DNA of 64,000 nucleotides from Candidatus Syntropharchaeum butanivorans. Lineage in GTDB: Archaea; Halobacteriota; Syntropharchaeia; Syntropharchaeales; Syntropharchaeaceae. Position 1 is the stretch's first letter. Each line of letters begins with the position of its first letter. The DNA is taken from the NCBI GenBank assembly GCA_001766825.1, contig LYOR01000001.1, forward strand, positions 287,746-351,745. Direction: 5' to 3'. The position numbers and the translations under genes were made by a program. Below, piece after piece: positions 28,262-37,467 of the stretch. Below the pieces are notes generated by a model. It saw only the letters and a program-made list of their open reading frames with translations. It was not told the DNA's origin and did no database searches.

Positions 28262-28926
28262 TGGATGCAGGTAAGATGCCAAGGATTGTAGTCCCCGGTG
28301 ATCTTCTATCTGAGGAGCCTGCAAAGGTCGGAGAAGGTGCCTACATTGAGGATGGTAAGGTCTACGCGAGTGTGTATGGGGTCCTCGACAAGAAGGATCG
28401 TATAAGGGTGATCCCACTTGCAGGAAAGTACATCCCCAAGCGGGGGGATACAGTAATAGGTAGCGTCACAGAGATCAGCTTCTCAAACTGGATCCTGGAT
28501 ATTGCCTCCCCATATGAGGCATACCTCCACATCTCAGAGTATCCAAGGCGCATTGAACCTGGCGAGATGAGTAAGTACATCCGTGTGGGGGATCTGATCG
28601 TTGCCACCGTACTTGATGTTGACTGGTCGATGATGGTGGAGCTGACCCTGAGGGAAAATCAGTTCAAGGTCCTGAGGGGTGGGAGGCTTCTTGAGATCTC
28701 TCATACCAGGGTTCCAAGGTTGATCGGACGCGGTGGTTCGATGATAAGCATGATAAAACGAGAAAGTAGATGCTCGATCTTTGTCGGGCAGAATGGAAGG
28801 GTGTGGCTCCAAGGCAAGCCGGAAAACATGAAGCTTGCAGCACAGGCGATAGAGATGGTCGTAAGGGAGGCACACACCCCTGGATTGACAAATAGAGTTG
28901 TAGAGTTCCTGAGAGCAAACAGATAG
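28258..28926 (+). CDS. rrp4: exosome complex RNA-binding protein Rrp4
   Basis: 222 aa with an S1 plus KH arrangement ([20 protein letters not shown]; [14 protein letters not shown]) in superoperon context. Confidence 0.88.
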   Translation: MMDAGKMPRIVVPGDLLSEEPAKVGEGAYIEDGKVYASVYGVLDKKDRIRVIPLAGKYIPKRGDTVIGSVTEISFSNWILDIASPYEAYLHISEYPRRIEPGEMSKYIRVGDLIVATVLDVDWSMMVELTLRENQFKVLRGGRLLEISHTRVPRLIGRGGSMISMIKRESRCSIFVGQNGRVWLQGKPENMKLAAQAIEMVVREAHTPGLTNRVVEFLRANR

Positions 28927-28930
28927 GATT

Positions 28931-29689
28931 TTGATGATTGAAGGGAGTGTGTTAGGAATGGTCGATGGTGTGCATACATTCTTCAAAGATGGGTTGAGAC
29001 TTGATGGAAGGAAGAAGGATGAACTGAGACCCATCAAGATCAAGGCCGGCGTACTCAAGAGGGCAGATGGTTCATGTTACTTGGAGCATGGAGGTAACAA
29101 GATCATGGCGGCGGTGTATGGTCCGAGAGAGGTTCACCCCCGCCACCTCCAGCACCCGACCCGGGCGATTGTCAGATATCGGTACAACATGGCCTCATTC
29201 TCTGTGGACGAACGTAAGCGACCGGGTCCTGATCGCAGGAGCGTTGAGATCTCTAAGATAAGTAGAGAGGCGATGGAATCTGTCGTACTGAAAGAGCAGT
29301 TCCCGAAGACTGTTGTTGATGTCTTTATCGAAGTTCTCCAGTCAGATGCTGGAACAAGGGCCGCGGGAATCAATGCAGCGGCCGTTGCGATGGCCGATGC
29401 AGGCATACCGATGAAAGGTCTTGTGACCGCGTGTGCAGCAGGAAAGATCGGTGGAGAGGTTGTGCTTGATCTATGTAAGGAGGAGGACAACTACGGAGAA
29501 GCAGATATGCCGATTGCCATAGTCCCGAGAACCGGAGAGATCACGATGATACAGATGGATGGACACATGACATTTGATGAGTTCAGGGAGGGGCTGGAGC
29601 TTGCGCTTAAGGGGTGCAGACAGATATATGAGCTCCAGCGTGAGGCGCTGATCGAGCGGTATAAGAGTGGGGTTGAAGGAGAGGAGTGA
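28931..29689 (+). CDS. rrp41: exosome complex exonuclease Rrp41
   Basis: RNase PH fold motifs are present ([36 protein letters not shown]; RRSVEISK). The start may be an internal Met. Confidence 0.9.
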   Translation: MMIEGSVLGMVDGVHTFFKDGLRLDGRKKDELRPIKIKAGVLKRADGSCYLEHGGNKIMAAVYGPREVHPRHLQHPTRAIVRYRYNMASFSVDERKRPGPDRRSVEISKISREAMESVVLKEQFPKTVVDVFIEVLQSDAGTRAAGINAAAVAMADAGIPMKGLVTACAAGKIGGEVVLDLCKEEDNYGEADMPIAIVPRTGEITMIQMDGHMTFDEFREGLELALKGCRQIYELQREALIERYKSGVEGEE

Positions 29690-29695
29690 TGAGGC

Positions 29696-30496
29696 ATGGA
29701 TGATAACGATATTCTGACAGAGATTCATCGTGATCAGATGTATAACCTCCTCCAGCGGAAGGAGCGGGAGGATGGAAGGGCGTTTGATGAATACAGGAAG
29801 ATCTCAATCGAGACCGGGGTATTTGAGCGTGCAGAAGGATCTGCGATGGTCAAGATCGGTGACTCAATGGTTGCAGTCGGTGTCAAGATGCAGCCTGGTG
29901 AGCCTTTTCCGGATACACCGGATGTTGGGGTTATAATCACAAATGCTGAGCTCATCCCACTTGCATCACCGACGTTTGAGGCAGGACCACCCGGTGAGGA
30001 TGCGGTTGAGCTTGCAAGGGTTGTTGATCGTGGAGTCAGGGAATCTGGTGCCATCGACCTCAAGAAGCTCTGTCTGGTCGAGGGAGAGAAGGTCTGGCTC
30101 ATCTTCATCGATATTCACATACTCGACCACGGAGGGAACCTCATCGATGCATCTGCCCTCGGTGCAATTGCAGCGCTTCTTACAACCACGATTCCAAACA
30201 GGCGATATGGTATCGCAGAGGAGGATGAACCCCTGCCTGTAAAGGATATGCCAGTCTCTGTGACGATGATCGAGTTTGAGGGTAACCTGCTCGTTGATCC
30301 AGACTACCTTGAGGAGTCTGTTGCATCGGCCCAGCTCACCGTGATATCCAATAGCGATGGGTCCCTTTCAGGAATTCAGAAGCTCGGAAGTGGACCGATG
30401 CGAGTTGAGCTGGTCGAAGAAGCTGTAAAGCTCGGGATTGAAAAGGGGAAAGAGATCAGGGAAGAGCACCTTCTCCCGCTGATGAAGACAGCTTAG
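29696..30496 (+). CDS. rrp42: exosome complex component Rrp42
   Basis: 266 aa, RNase-PH-like (REDGRAFDEYRKISIETGVFERAEGSAMVKIGDSMV), immediately after rrp41. Confidence 0.88.
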   Translation: MDDNDILTEIHRDQMYNLLQRKEREDGRAFDEYRKISIETGVFERAEGSAMVKIGDSMVAVGVKMQPGEPFPDTPDVGVIITNAELIPLASPTFEAGPPGEDAVELARVVDRGVRESGAIDLKKLCLVEGEKVWLIFIDIHILDHGGNLIDASALGAIAALLTTTIPNRRYGIAEEDEPLPVKDMPVSVTMIEFEGNLLVDPDYLEESVASAQLTVISNSDGSLSGIQKLGSGPMRVELVEEAVKLGIEKGKEIREEHLLPLMKTA

Positions 30497-31501
30497 ATGG
30501 AGTCACCATTTATCGAGGTTCATAAGCGATCTGGCGAGCGGTTGAGAAGGTATCTTGCAGAGCACGGGCTGTTAAATCGTGGAGCTCTGATAAGATCAGA
30601 AGGGGATAAGCTCCAGATCCCGATAACCCGTGAGCCAGATGGACATGAGGTGGAGGAGATCAGGGAGATCACAGGTCATGAACCAGTTGTAAAGATTGGG
30701 GAGTTCAATGAGTCCCAAAGACAGCGTAAGATAGAGGATATTCTGGGGTTCAATCCTTCCTTTGAGGTAATAGGGGATATCGCTGTGATGTCCCCTCCAG
30801 ACAAAATACCAGTAAAAGAGGCTGCAGAGGCGATTCTGGCCATTCACAAAGGGATAAAGACGGTTGTCATACCCACAGGTCCGGTCTCAGGTGACTGGCG
30901 TGTGAGGCCCTTTGAGTGGGTGGCAGGGGAGCCGATCCACGAGGTCTGTGTCAGAGAGTATGGCATGAGATTCAGGCTGGATATTGAGCGGGTCTACTTC
31001 TCACCACGCCTTGCAACCGAGCGCCACAGGGTGGCAACACAGGTCAGACCCCATGAGCTTGTCGTTGATATGTTTGCCGGGGTTGGCCCTTTTACAGTTT
31101 CTCTTGCAAAACGGGCCAAAAAGGTCATAGCGATCGATAAAAACCCTTATGCAATCAGATATCTCAAGGAAAACCTCTCTTTGAACCGTATCGAGAACGT
31201 TGAGGTCAGAGAGGGGGATGTAAGAGAGGTTACCTCAGATCTCATTCGGCTTGCAGATCGTGTCATCATGAACCTTCCGCTGCATGCGTTTGAGTTTTTA
31301 CCACTGGCTGTTAAGATCGCAAAGCCAGGAGGGATCATCCACTACTATGATATAACAGGAGAGGAAGACCTCTTTGATAGCCTTGTCAGAAGGATCAGGG
31401 ATGCCATAGGCGAGGTCAAAGTTCTCAATCGCCGTGTTGTGAGGTCATACGCGCCACGTCTCTACAATGTGGTGCTTGATATCGCTATAATGGAGGATTA
31501 A
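30497..31501 (+). CDS. trm5: tRNA (guanine37-N1)-methyltransferase Trm5 family (Met-10+ like)
   Basis: Class I SAM motif VVDMFAGVGPFTV, the NLP motif (IMNLPLHA) and the FSPRLATER block. Confidence 0.8.
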   Translation: MESPFIEVHKRSGERLRRYLAEHGLLNRGALIRSEGDKLQIPITREPDGHEVEEIREITGHEPVVKIGEFNESQRQRKIEDILGFNPSFEVIGDIAVMSPPDKIPVKEAAEAILAIHKGIKTVVIPTGPVSGDWRVRPFEWVAGEPIHEVCVREYGMRFRLDIERVYFSPRLATERHRVATQVRPHELVVDMFAGVGPFTVSLAKRAKKVIAIDKNPYAIRYLKENLSLNRIENVEVREGDVREVTSDLIRLADRVIMNLPLHAFEFLPLAVKIAKPGGIIHYYDITGEEDLFDSLVRRIRDAIGEVKVLNRRVVRSYAPRLYNVVLDIAIMED

Positions 31502-32256
31502 AGCCTGGAGAGAACCAGTTCAGCTGCCTTTCTCCCTGAAAGAAGCATTCCACCGAATACAGGCCCCATGCGTGGCGATCCAAGGACAGCATTTGCAGCC
31601 ATGCCGGCAACGATGAGCCCCGGATAGATCTCTTTCGTATTCTCCACAACCGCGGCCTCACCGGCCTCTGCCCACATCGGCCGCTCACCCCTGACGGTAA
31701 GCGCCCCTCCTCCGAGCTTTTGCTCAACTATTCTGGCAACTTCCGCGGCGTGTCCTGTTGCATCGATCACATAATCTGCTATGACAGTCATCGGATCGAC
31801 ATGAAGCTTAGAGAGTTCAACAGCACTCCAGTTTATCACAACACCATGGATTCGATCATCATCTCGAACCACGACATCCTCCACACTCATCAGATTAAAG
31901 ATTCGTGCTCCGGCCCTGATAACCTCTGATGTGATCGTTGTTACGGCCTCGATTGCATCCGCGATGTAGTAACCTGGCTCATACTCACTGCAACGCACAC
32001 CGATCTCATCCAGTATCTCCCTGCCTGCATCCTGAACCACAATCCTGCTGAACATCATTCCACCCCCCCACATCCCACCTCCCACACTGAGCCTTCGCTC
32101 AAAGACTGCAACCTTGACACCCTCGCGTGCAAGATTGTACGCGGCAAGAAGCCCTGCAGGCCCCGCGCCTACCACCACAGTATCAAGCACCATCGAGTCG
32201 ATGAGATCCTTCATGTAACTCTCAGTTATCGCCTTGGATATTGTCACCTCATCCAT
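31498..32256 (-). CDS. thi4: thiamine thiazole synthase Thi4 family
   Basis: Contains DTVVVGAGPAGLLAAYNLA, ERRLSVGGGMWGGGMMF and DATGHAAEV. Confidence 0.88.
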   Translation of the reverse strand: MDEVTISKAITESYMKDLIDSMVLDTVVVGAGPAGLLAAYNLAREGVKVAVFERRLSVGGGMWGGGMMFSRIVVQDAGREILDEIGVRCSEYEPGYYIADAIEAVTTITSEVIRAGARIFNLMSVEDVVVRDDDRIHGVVINWSAVELSKLHVDPMTVIADYVIDATGHAAEVARIVEQKLGGGALTVRGERPMWAEAGEAAVVENTKEIYPGLIVAGMAANAVLGSPRMGPVFGGMLLSGRKAAELVLSRL

Positions 32257-32281
32257 ACTTTTAGCCCCTTCAAAAATTTAG

Positions 32282-32390
32282 TACCGGGGGCGGGATTTGG
32301 ACCCGCGACCTTCAGATATCTCAGGTTTCAGGCATCCATGCTTCCAATCCCTATGAGTCTGACGCCCTAACCAGACTAGGCCACCCCGGC
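32282..32390 (-). tRNA. tRNA-Met (CAT), elongator type, with ~34-nt intron at 37/38
   Basis: Minus-strand 109 nt. The acceptor stem GCCGGGG/CCCCGGT has a G1-U72 pair. The anticodon stem TCAGA...TCTGA is interrupted after CTCATA by GGGATTGGAAGCATGGATGCCTGAAACCTGAGAT (32318-32351). The T-arm is GCGGG-TCCAAAT-CCCGC. Confidence 0.8.
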
Positions 32391-32443
32391 TCAAGTCCAT
32401 CTTGACAGGGCGATAAATAAGGTTTGTGGTCATCTTCCCCTTC

Positions 32444-33337
32444 TCATACACCACCAAGTGGGAGCTGGATCATCGCACCTGCAAGAAATGCAATAAGCCC
32501 TGAAAGCAGTGCGATGAGACTCACCGATCGCAGACGATCCACACCCTCCCGATCCTCGGATGGTAGCCTGAATGTGACGTGAAGCAGGATCAGATCTGCA
32601 AATACGAGCGGAACCAAGTATGCGATGTTCATGAAGTAGGATGGATTGAGATTGATGAGAAATGGGATCGGACTTATTGTGATTCCAATGAGATAAAAGA
32701 GAGCAGAGATCTGCTTTGCACGCTTAACTCCCCACCGGCGAGCGATCGTTGAAACATCCCTTATGGCATCACCCTCGATATCAACGATCCCCTTCATCAC
32801 CTCCCTGCCGAAGCCAATGAGAAACGCGATGGATGCAAGAACAAGTAGGATCAGGTCAGGTTCAGGCTTCACAAGAAGCCCTCCAAATACAAAAGGGAGT
32901 GCCATTGTGAGGCTTATGTAGAGATTTCCACCAGGCCCTGTCTCTTTGAGCTTGATGTCATATAGTACACCGAGTACCGCTGCAATAAATGCCAGAAGGA
33001 GACATGGGATGGGTAGAAAAAGGGCGAAGAGCATCCCAGCTGCGATTAAGGTCCATCCCATGATAAAAGCCTCGTTCAGGCCGATTTCACCCGTCACAAG
33101 GGGTCTATCAAGGCGGTTATTCTTTCTGTCAACCTCAAAGTCATAGTAGTCATTGAGGGCGAATGTTCCAGCCTCAAGCATGATCGCTGTTATACATCCA
33201 GAAAGTACAACCTGTGCATCAGATACCCTGGCTCCTCCAAGCACCGCACCCACAACCACCCCTACAGCATACATGAGCCCATGCTCTGCCCTGGTGAGCC
33301 TCCAGACTGCCTTAAGATATGGTCTCACCCCACCCAT
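32444..33337 (-). CDS. UbiA-family prenyltransferase, probable digeranylgeranylglyceryl phosphate synthase
   Basis: 297-aa polytopic ORF with an Asp-rich motif NDYYDFEVDRKNNRLDRPL and a second motif in GREVMKGIVDIEGD. Size and motifs fit archaeal DGGGPS, but specificity is not provable by eye. Confidence 0.68.
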   Translation of the reverse strand: MGGVRPYLKAVWRLTRAEHGLMYAVGVVVGAVLGGARVSDAQVVLSGCITAIMLEAGTFALNDYYDFEVDRKNNRLDRPLVTGEIGLNEAFIMGWTLIAAGMLFALFLPIPCLLLAFIAAVLGVLYDIKLKETGPGGNLYISLTMALPFVFGGLLVKPEPDLILLVLASIAFLIGFGREVMKGIVDIEGDAIRDVSTIARRWGVKRAKQISALFYLIGITISPIPFLINLNPSYFMNIAYLVPLVFADLILLHVTFRLPSEDREGVDRLRSVSLIALLSGLIAFLAGAMIQLPLGGV

Positions 33338-33450
33338 CAGAGAGAGGTCGGCGGCATGGATAATTAACCTTTGGTAAGCGAAAGAGTAGGATAAATCATT
33401 TACTAACCTGTCAAATTCCTTTCCTTTTACTGCAAGATTTATTAGTCTAT

Positions 33451-34302
33451 ATGAAGATAAGTAAAGTAATGAATAGCACGGGGTTAATCAGGCTGATCCT
33501 TCTTGCAATCGGGATTATAGGAGTGACCTTTCTGGTGATGCCCCAGACGGTCTCGCTATTTGCAGGTCAGCATACGTGGTACAATCTATCAGGTGAGGCA
33601 AACGATCTACCATGTGAGAAGTGTCATGGGGATGTTTACGAGGAGATGATGAGTATGGAGCCGTTGAGTAAGAAACTTGCAGGTCAATCCAGTTCGCCGC
33701 ATAGTTATATGGACGAGAACTGTGAACTGTGCCACCGCACCTGTTTCAACAACACATTCAGTTGGAGCTCCGGCAAGTATGAGAAATCACCAGGATTCAC
33801 TTATGCTAGTGGCAGTGGAACGGGTTCAACACCCGGTGTGGAAGCTCATGCAGCCTCCATAATAGAATGCATGGACTGTCATGGTATCCCTGCGGATGAT
33901 GGATACTGGGAACACTGGAGCTATGCTGAATACAGTAGTCGGTGTTTCCTCTGCCATGGAGGTTCCGGATGGTATCGTGGACACTATATTACAATTCCCA
34001 GCAGGGGTTGGAGTGATTTCATCTCAGCAGGTGGTTTCGGGCTTGGTACAACCGAGACAGACACAGGTGAGAAAGCGGCACACAGGCAGTTCGTCCTTGA
34101 TGCCATCAACAACTCCCTCATGGAAGATGCGAACGAAGCTTGCATCGCATGTCACACAGAAAACCAGGTTCGGATGGAGTTTAATGTATCAACCGGGGTC
34201 ATAATCACGGTGAATAACTCATACACACAGACATCCTCGTACTGGAGCGTGAGTGATATCACACCATCAAATTATACGACGTATGTGGAGGTTAAGAGCT
34301 GA
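33451..34302 (+). CDS. membrane-anchored pentahaem c-type cytochrome
   Basis: 283 aa with an N-terminal TM helix and five CxxCH motifs (CEKCH, CELCH, CMDCH, CFLCH, CIACH). Confidence 0.85.
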   Translation: MKISKVMNSTGLIRLILLAIGIIGVTFLVMPQTVSLFAGQHTWYNLSGEANDLPCEKCHGDVYEEMMSMEPLSKKLAGQSSSPHSYMDENCELCHRTCFNNTFSWSSGKYEKSPGFTYASGSGTGSTPGVEAHAASIIECMDCHGIPADDGYWEHWSYAEYSSRCFLCHGGSGWYRGHYITIPSRGWSDFISAGGFGLGTTETDTGEKAAHRQFVLDAINNSLMEDANEACIACHTENQVRMEFNVSTGVIITVNNSYTQTSSYWSVSDITPSNYTTYVEVKS

Positions 34303-35543
34303 TGAGAAGGGAGATCCTCTTCATTGCATTCATCTTCGCGATCGCAGCCGTTATTCTCTACACATCCACAGATACCGTCTCACTCTTTGCAGGTCAGCAC
34401 ACCTTTATCGCAATCTCTGATTCAGGAAACCAGATCAACTGCACCTGGTGCCATTCAAGAATAAACAGTGAGCTTTCAAACTCCTCTCTCCACGAGGACC
34501 TGAGCTGTGAGGCATGCCACAGATATAACGGCACAGGAATTACGTTTGCATCAGGGGATACCTCGGGATCAACCCCTGGAAATGAATCCCATGCCGCGTA
34601 TGTACCTCGCTGTCTTGATTGTCATGACAGTGACGGGGCATGGATTGAGAACAGGACCGGGAGCCTGAAATATGCACCGCCTGCAAAGGCGTTCAGCGAA
34701 CCTGATCACGGGACAGATTACTCCGCACATAAGCGATTTGTGCTTGAAGCAAATGCATCAGATGCAAGCCCTGGTGAGAATGAGGCGTGTCTTGCGTGTC
34801 ATACAGATTATACAGTCAGTCTGAGCTACAGCTACTTCTGGAACATTGGTTATACACTTTCATCATGGAGCTTCACGAGCTTTTCATACAACGGCACAAG
34901 GAACTACAATATTAAGTGGAGCAAATCCGGGGCAAAGCATGAGTTTGTCAGCCTTAACAGTATAGACTGTACAGGATGCCATAAAAACATCTATGATGCG
35001 CTTGTCATTGGTACAGATGGGGGTTCAAACGAGGATTACCTGACGCACGCACCGGTGGAGATTGACGCCAGTCACTGGGATACGGATAACCCCTGGGGGC
35101 ATTACAGATACCATTACATCCCGGCTTCAAACAGAGCTACATGGGTCAACAGTACATACTGCCTGAAGTGTCACAACGTGACTGAATACGCGTCTGAGCA
35201 TCCATCGGATAATACGACCTACAGCTTGGCTGATGTGAGCATGGACACAAACTCAACCTCAGTCCACTGTGCTGAGGCTTTAACATGTGCAACATGCCAT
35301 GGCAGCGGGAAGACGAAGGCGGTTATAGATAATCCAGAGAGAAGTGGAACAGGACACAGCGGATCAAGCTTTGTCGATAACATCGCCTCAAATTATGCAA
35401 GAACCTTCAACGGTGATATATGTATGGGCTGTCATGAGGCGGCGGTACATCCACAGAGCATGGGATGTAGTAGATGCCACTCAAAGGGAAATGTGGATGT
35501 TACGATCGAATCAGAGCCATCAGGATATTGTACGAATAACTGA
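34302..35543 (+). CDS. membrane-anchored nonahaem c-type cytochrome (paralogue of the preceding gene)
   Basis: 413 aa with an N-terminal TM helix and nine CxxCH motifs (CTWCH, CEACH, CLDCH, CLACH, CTGCH, CLKCH, CATCH, CMGCH, CSRCH). The start overlaps the upstream stop (ATGA). Confidence 0.85.
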   Translation: MRREILFIAFIFAIAAVILYTSTDTVSLFAGQHTFIAISDSGNQINCTWCHSRINSELSNSSLHEDLSCEACHRYNGTGITFASGDTSGSTPGNESHAAYVPRCLDCHDSDGAWIENRTGSLKYAPPAKAFSEPDHGTDYSAHKRFVLEANASDASPGENEACLACHTDYTVSLSYSYFWNIGYTLSSWSFTSFSYNGTRNYNIKWSKSGAKHEFVSLNSIDCTGCHKNIYDALVIGTDGGSNEDYLTHAPVEIDASHWDTDNPWGHYRYHYIPASNRATWVNSTYCLKCHNVTEYASEHPSDNTTYSLADVSMDTNSTSVHCAEALTCATCHGSGKTKAVIDNPERSGTGHSGSSFVDNIASNYARTFNGDICMGCHEAAVHPQSMGCSRCHSKGNVDVTIESEPSGYCTNN

Positions 35544-35608
35544 AGCTCTCTCTGAGATGCCTGGAATGAGGGGTTAAAGATATAACACATACTTTTTATA
35601 GAGGGAGT

Positions 35609-37255
35609 ATGGGATACAGGGTTGCACTTGCACAGATAAACTCAACAGTTGGAGATATACCTGGAAACACCAGAAAAATCATGGAATACATCAAAAAAGC
35701 AAGAGAAAGACGTGCAGATCTTGTAGTATTCCCGGAACTTGCAATTACAGGTTGCCCACCCAGGGATCTACTGCTGAAGCCATCTTTCATCAGGGACAAC
35801 AGGCGGGCGCTTGAGATGATTATAGATGAGACAGAAGAGATTACGGCTGTTGTTGGTTTTGTCGATTATTCTGAGCTGCCCCTTGTTAAAAATATCTATG
35901 ATCCATCGGTTCTTCCAAAAAATCCGCTCTATAATGCTGCTGCACTCATTAGAGATAAAAAGCTCATTGGTACACAGTACAAGATACACCTTCCAAATTA
36001 TGATGTATTCGATGAAAAACGGTACTTTGAGCCCGGGAGCGAGAGTTCAATCTTTGATCTTGACGGAATCAGGATAGGAGTGAACATCTGCGAGGATATC
36101 TGGATAGATAATGGGCCTTTTGAGGTACAGGCAAAGAAGGGAGCAGATCTTATCGTGAATATCACTGCTTCCCCGTTCTATGTCGGAAAAACAAGGATAA
36201 GAAGGGAGCTTATCAGAAGAAGAGCAAAAGAGAACCGGGTTGCAGTGGTATATCTCAACCTGGTGGGGGGTCAGGATGATCTCGTCTTTGATGGCGGTAG
36301 TTATCTCTTTAACAGAGAAGGAGAGCCTATCGCCTGCTGTAAGCAGTTTGAGGAGGAGCTTCTTGTAGCAGATCTTGATGGTGATAAGATAACCCTGCCG
36401 GAGGCAGATCCGATCGAGGAGATATATGGTGCACTCCTTCTTGGGATCGGAGATTATGTGAGAAAGAACGGATTCAGCAAGGTTGTAATCGGTTTGAGCG
36501 GGGGGATAGACTCCGCGGTAACGGCAGCACTGGCACGAGATGCGCTTGGTGCAGATAATGTAGTGGGCGTCTCGATGCCGAGTAAGGTCACCTCTCGATC
36601 AAGTATTGAGGATGCTGAAAAGCTATCTCAGAACCTGGGTATAACATTCAAGATCATCCCGATCCATAGAATCGTTGATGCGTATACCGATGCCCTCTCC
36701 AGTGAGTTTGAGGGGATGGCACCTGATGTGACAGAGGAGAATATCCAGGCAAGAATCCGTGGGAATATCCTGATGGCACTCTCAAACAGGTTTGGGTATC
36801 TCGTTCTATCAACAGGAAACAAGTCTGAGCTTGCCGTTGGTTACTGCACCCTCTATGGAGATATGGCTGGAGGGCTTGCTGTGATCTCTGACGTTCCGAA
36901 GACACTTGTGTATGAACTTGCAAGGTATATCAATACGATCGGAGAAAAAGAGGTCATTCCAGATAATATCCTCAAAAAAGAACCCTCTGCTGAGTTAAGA
37001 GAAGGACAAAAGGATTCTGATGCCCTCCCACCGTACGAGGTGCTTGATGCAATACTGCATGCCTATATCGAGGAGCATAAGAGTAAAGATGAGATAATCG
37101 AGATGGGCTTTGATGAAAAGGTCGTCTCTGATGTGATCTGGAGGGTTGATCACAACGAATACAAGCGCCAGCAGGCACCCCCGGGGATCAAGATCACACC
37201 CAGAGCCTTCGGCTCTGGTAGGAGAATGCCGATAACAAACAGATATGAAGGGTGA
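35609..37255 (+). CDS. nadE: glutamine-dependent NAD+ synthetase
   Basis: It has an N-terminal CN-hydrolase domain (VVFPELAITGC, ICEDIW) and a C-terminal NAD synthetase PP-loop (GLSGGIDSAV). Confidence 0.9.
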   Translation: MGYRVALAQINSTVGDIPGNTRKIMEYIKKARERRADLVVFPELAITGCPPRDLLLKPSFIRDNRRALEMIIDETEEITAVVGFVDYSELPLVKNIYDPSVLPKNPLYNAAALIRDKKLIGTQYKIHLPNYDVFDEKRYFEPGSESSIFDLDGIRIGVNICEDIWIDNGPFEVQAKKGADLIVNITASPFYVGKTRIRRELIRRRAKENRVAVVYLNLVGGQDDLVFDGGSYLFNREGEPIACCKQFEEELLVADLDGDKITLPEADPIEEIYGALLLGIGDYVRKNGFSKVVIGLSGGIDSAVTAALARDALGADNVVGVSMPSKVTSRSSIEDAEKLSQNLGITFKIIPIHRIVDAYTDALSSEFEGMAPDVTEENIQARIRGNILMALSNRFGYLVLSTGNKSELAVGYCTLYGDMAGGLAVISDVPKTLVYELARYINTIGEKEVIPDNILKKEPSAELREGQKDSDALPPYEVLDAILHAYIEEHKSKDEIIEMGFDEKVVSDVIWRVDHNEYKRQQAPPGIKITPRAFGSGRRMPITNRYEG

Positions 37256-37467
37256 TGAGGGTGTCTTCTCGATCTGCAGACCTCTTCCAGTGCTTCTTTT
37301 TATGATACAACCCGCAGGATGGGCTGTATTCGGATATCAAGATGCACGTTCTCAAAAATCTCCATAAATATTGACATATTTGTGTCATCTGTTCATTCGA
37401 TGTTCCCATCAAAAATCCAGAATCTTCATATATCTGATCGGAGTTTTAATACCAAAGTGAGAGAGGT

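Noticed and set aside
32318-32351. tRNA-Met intron as a box C/D guide RNA
   Set aside because: Two CUGA (box D-like) motifs are present, but there is no acceptable box C (RUGAUGA). The closest match is GCAUGGAUGCC. This is not enough to call a guide RNA.
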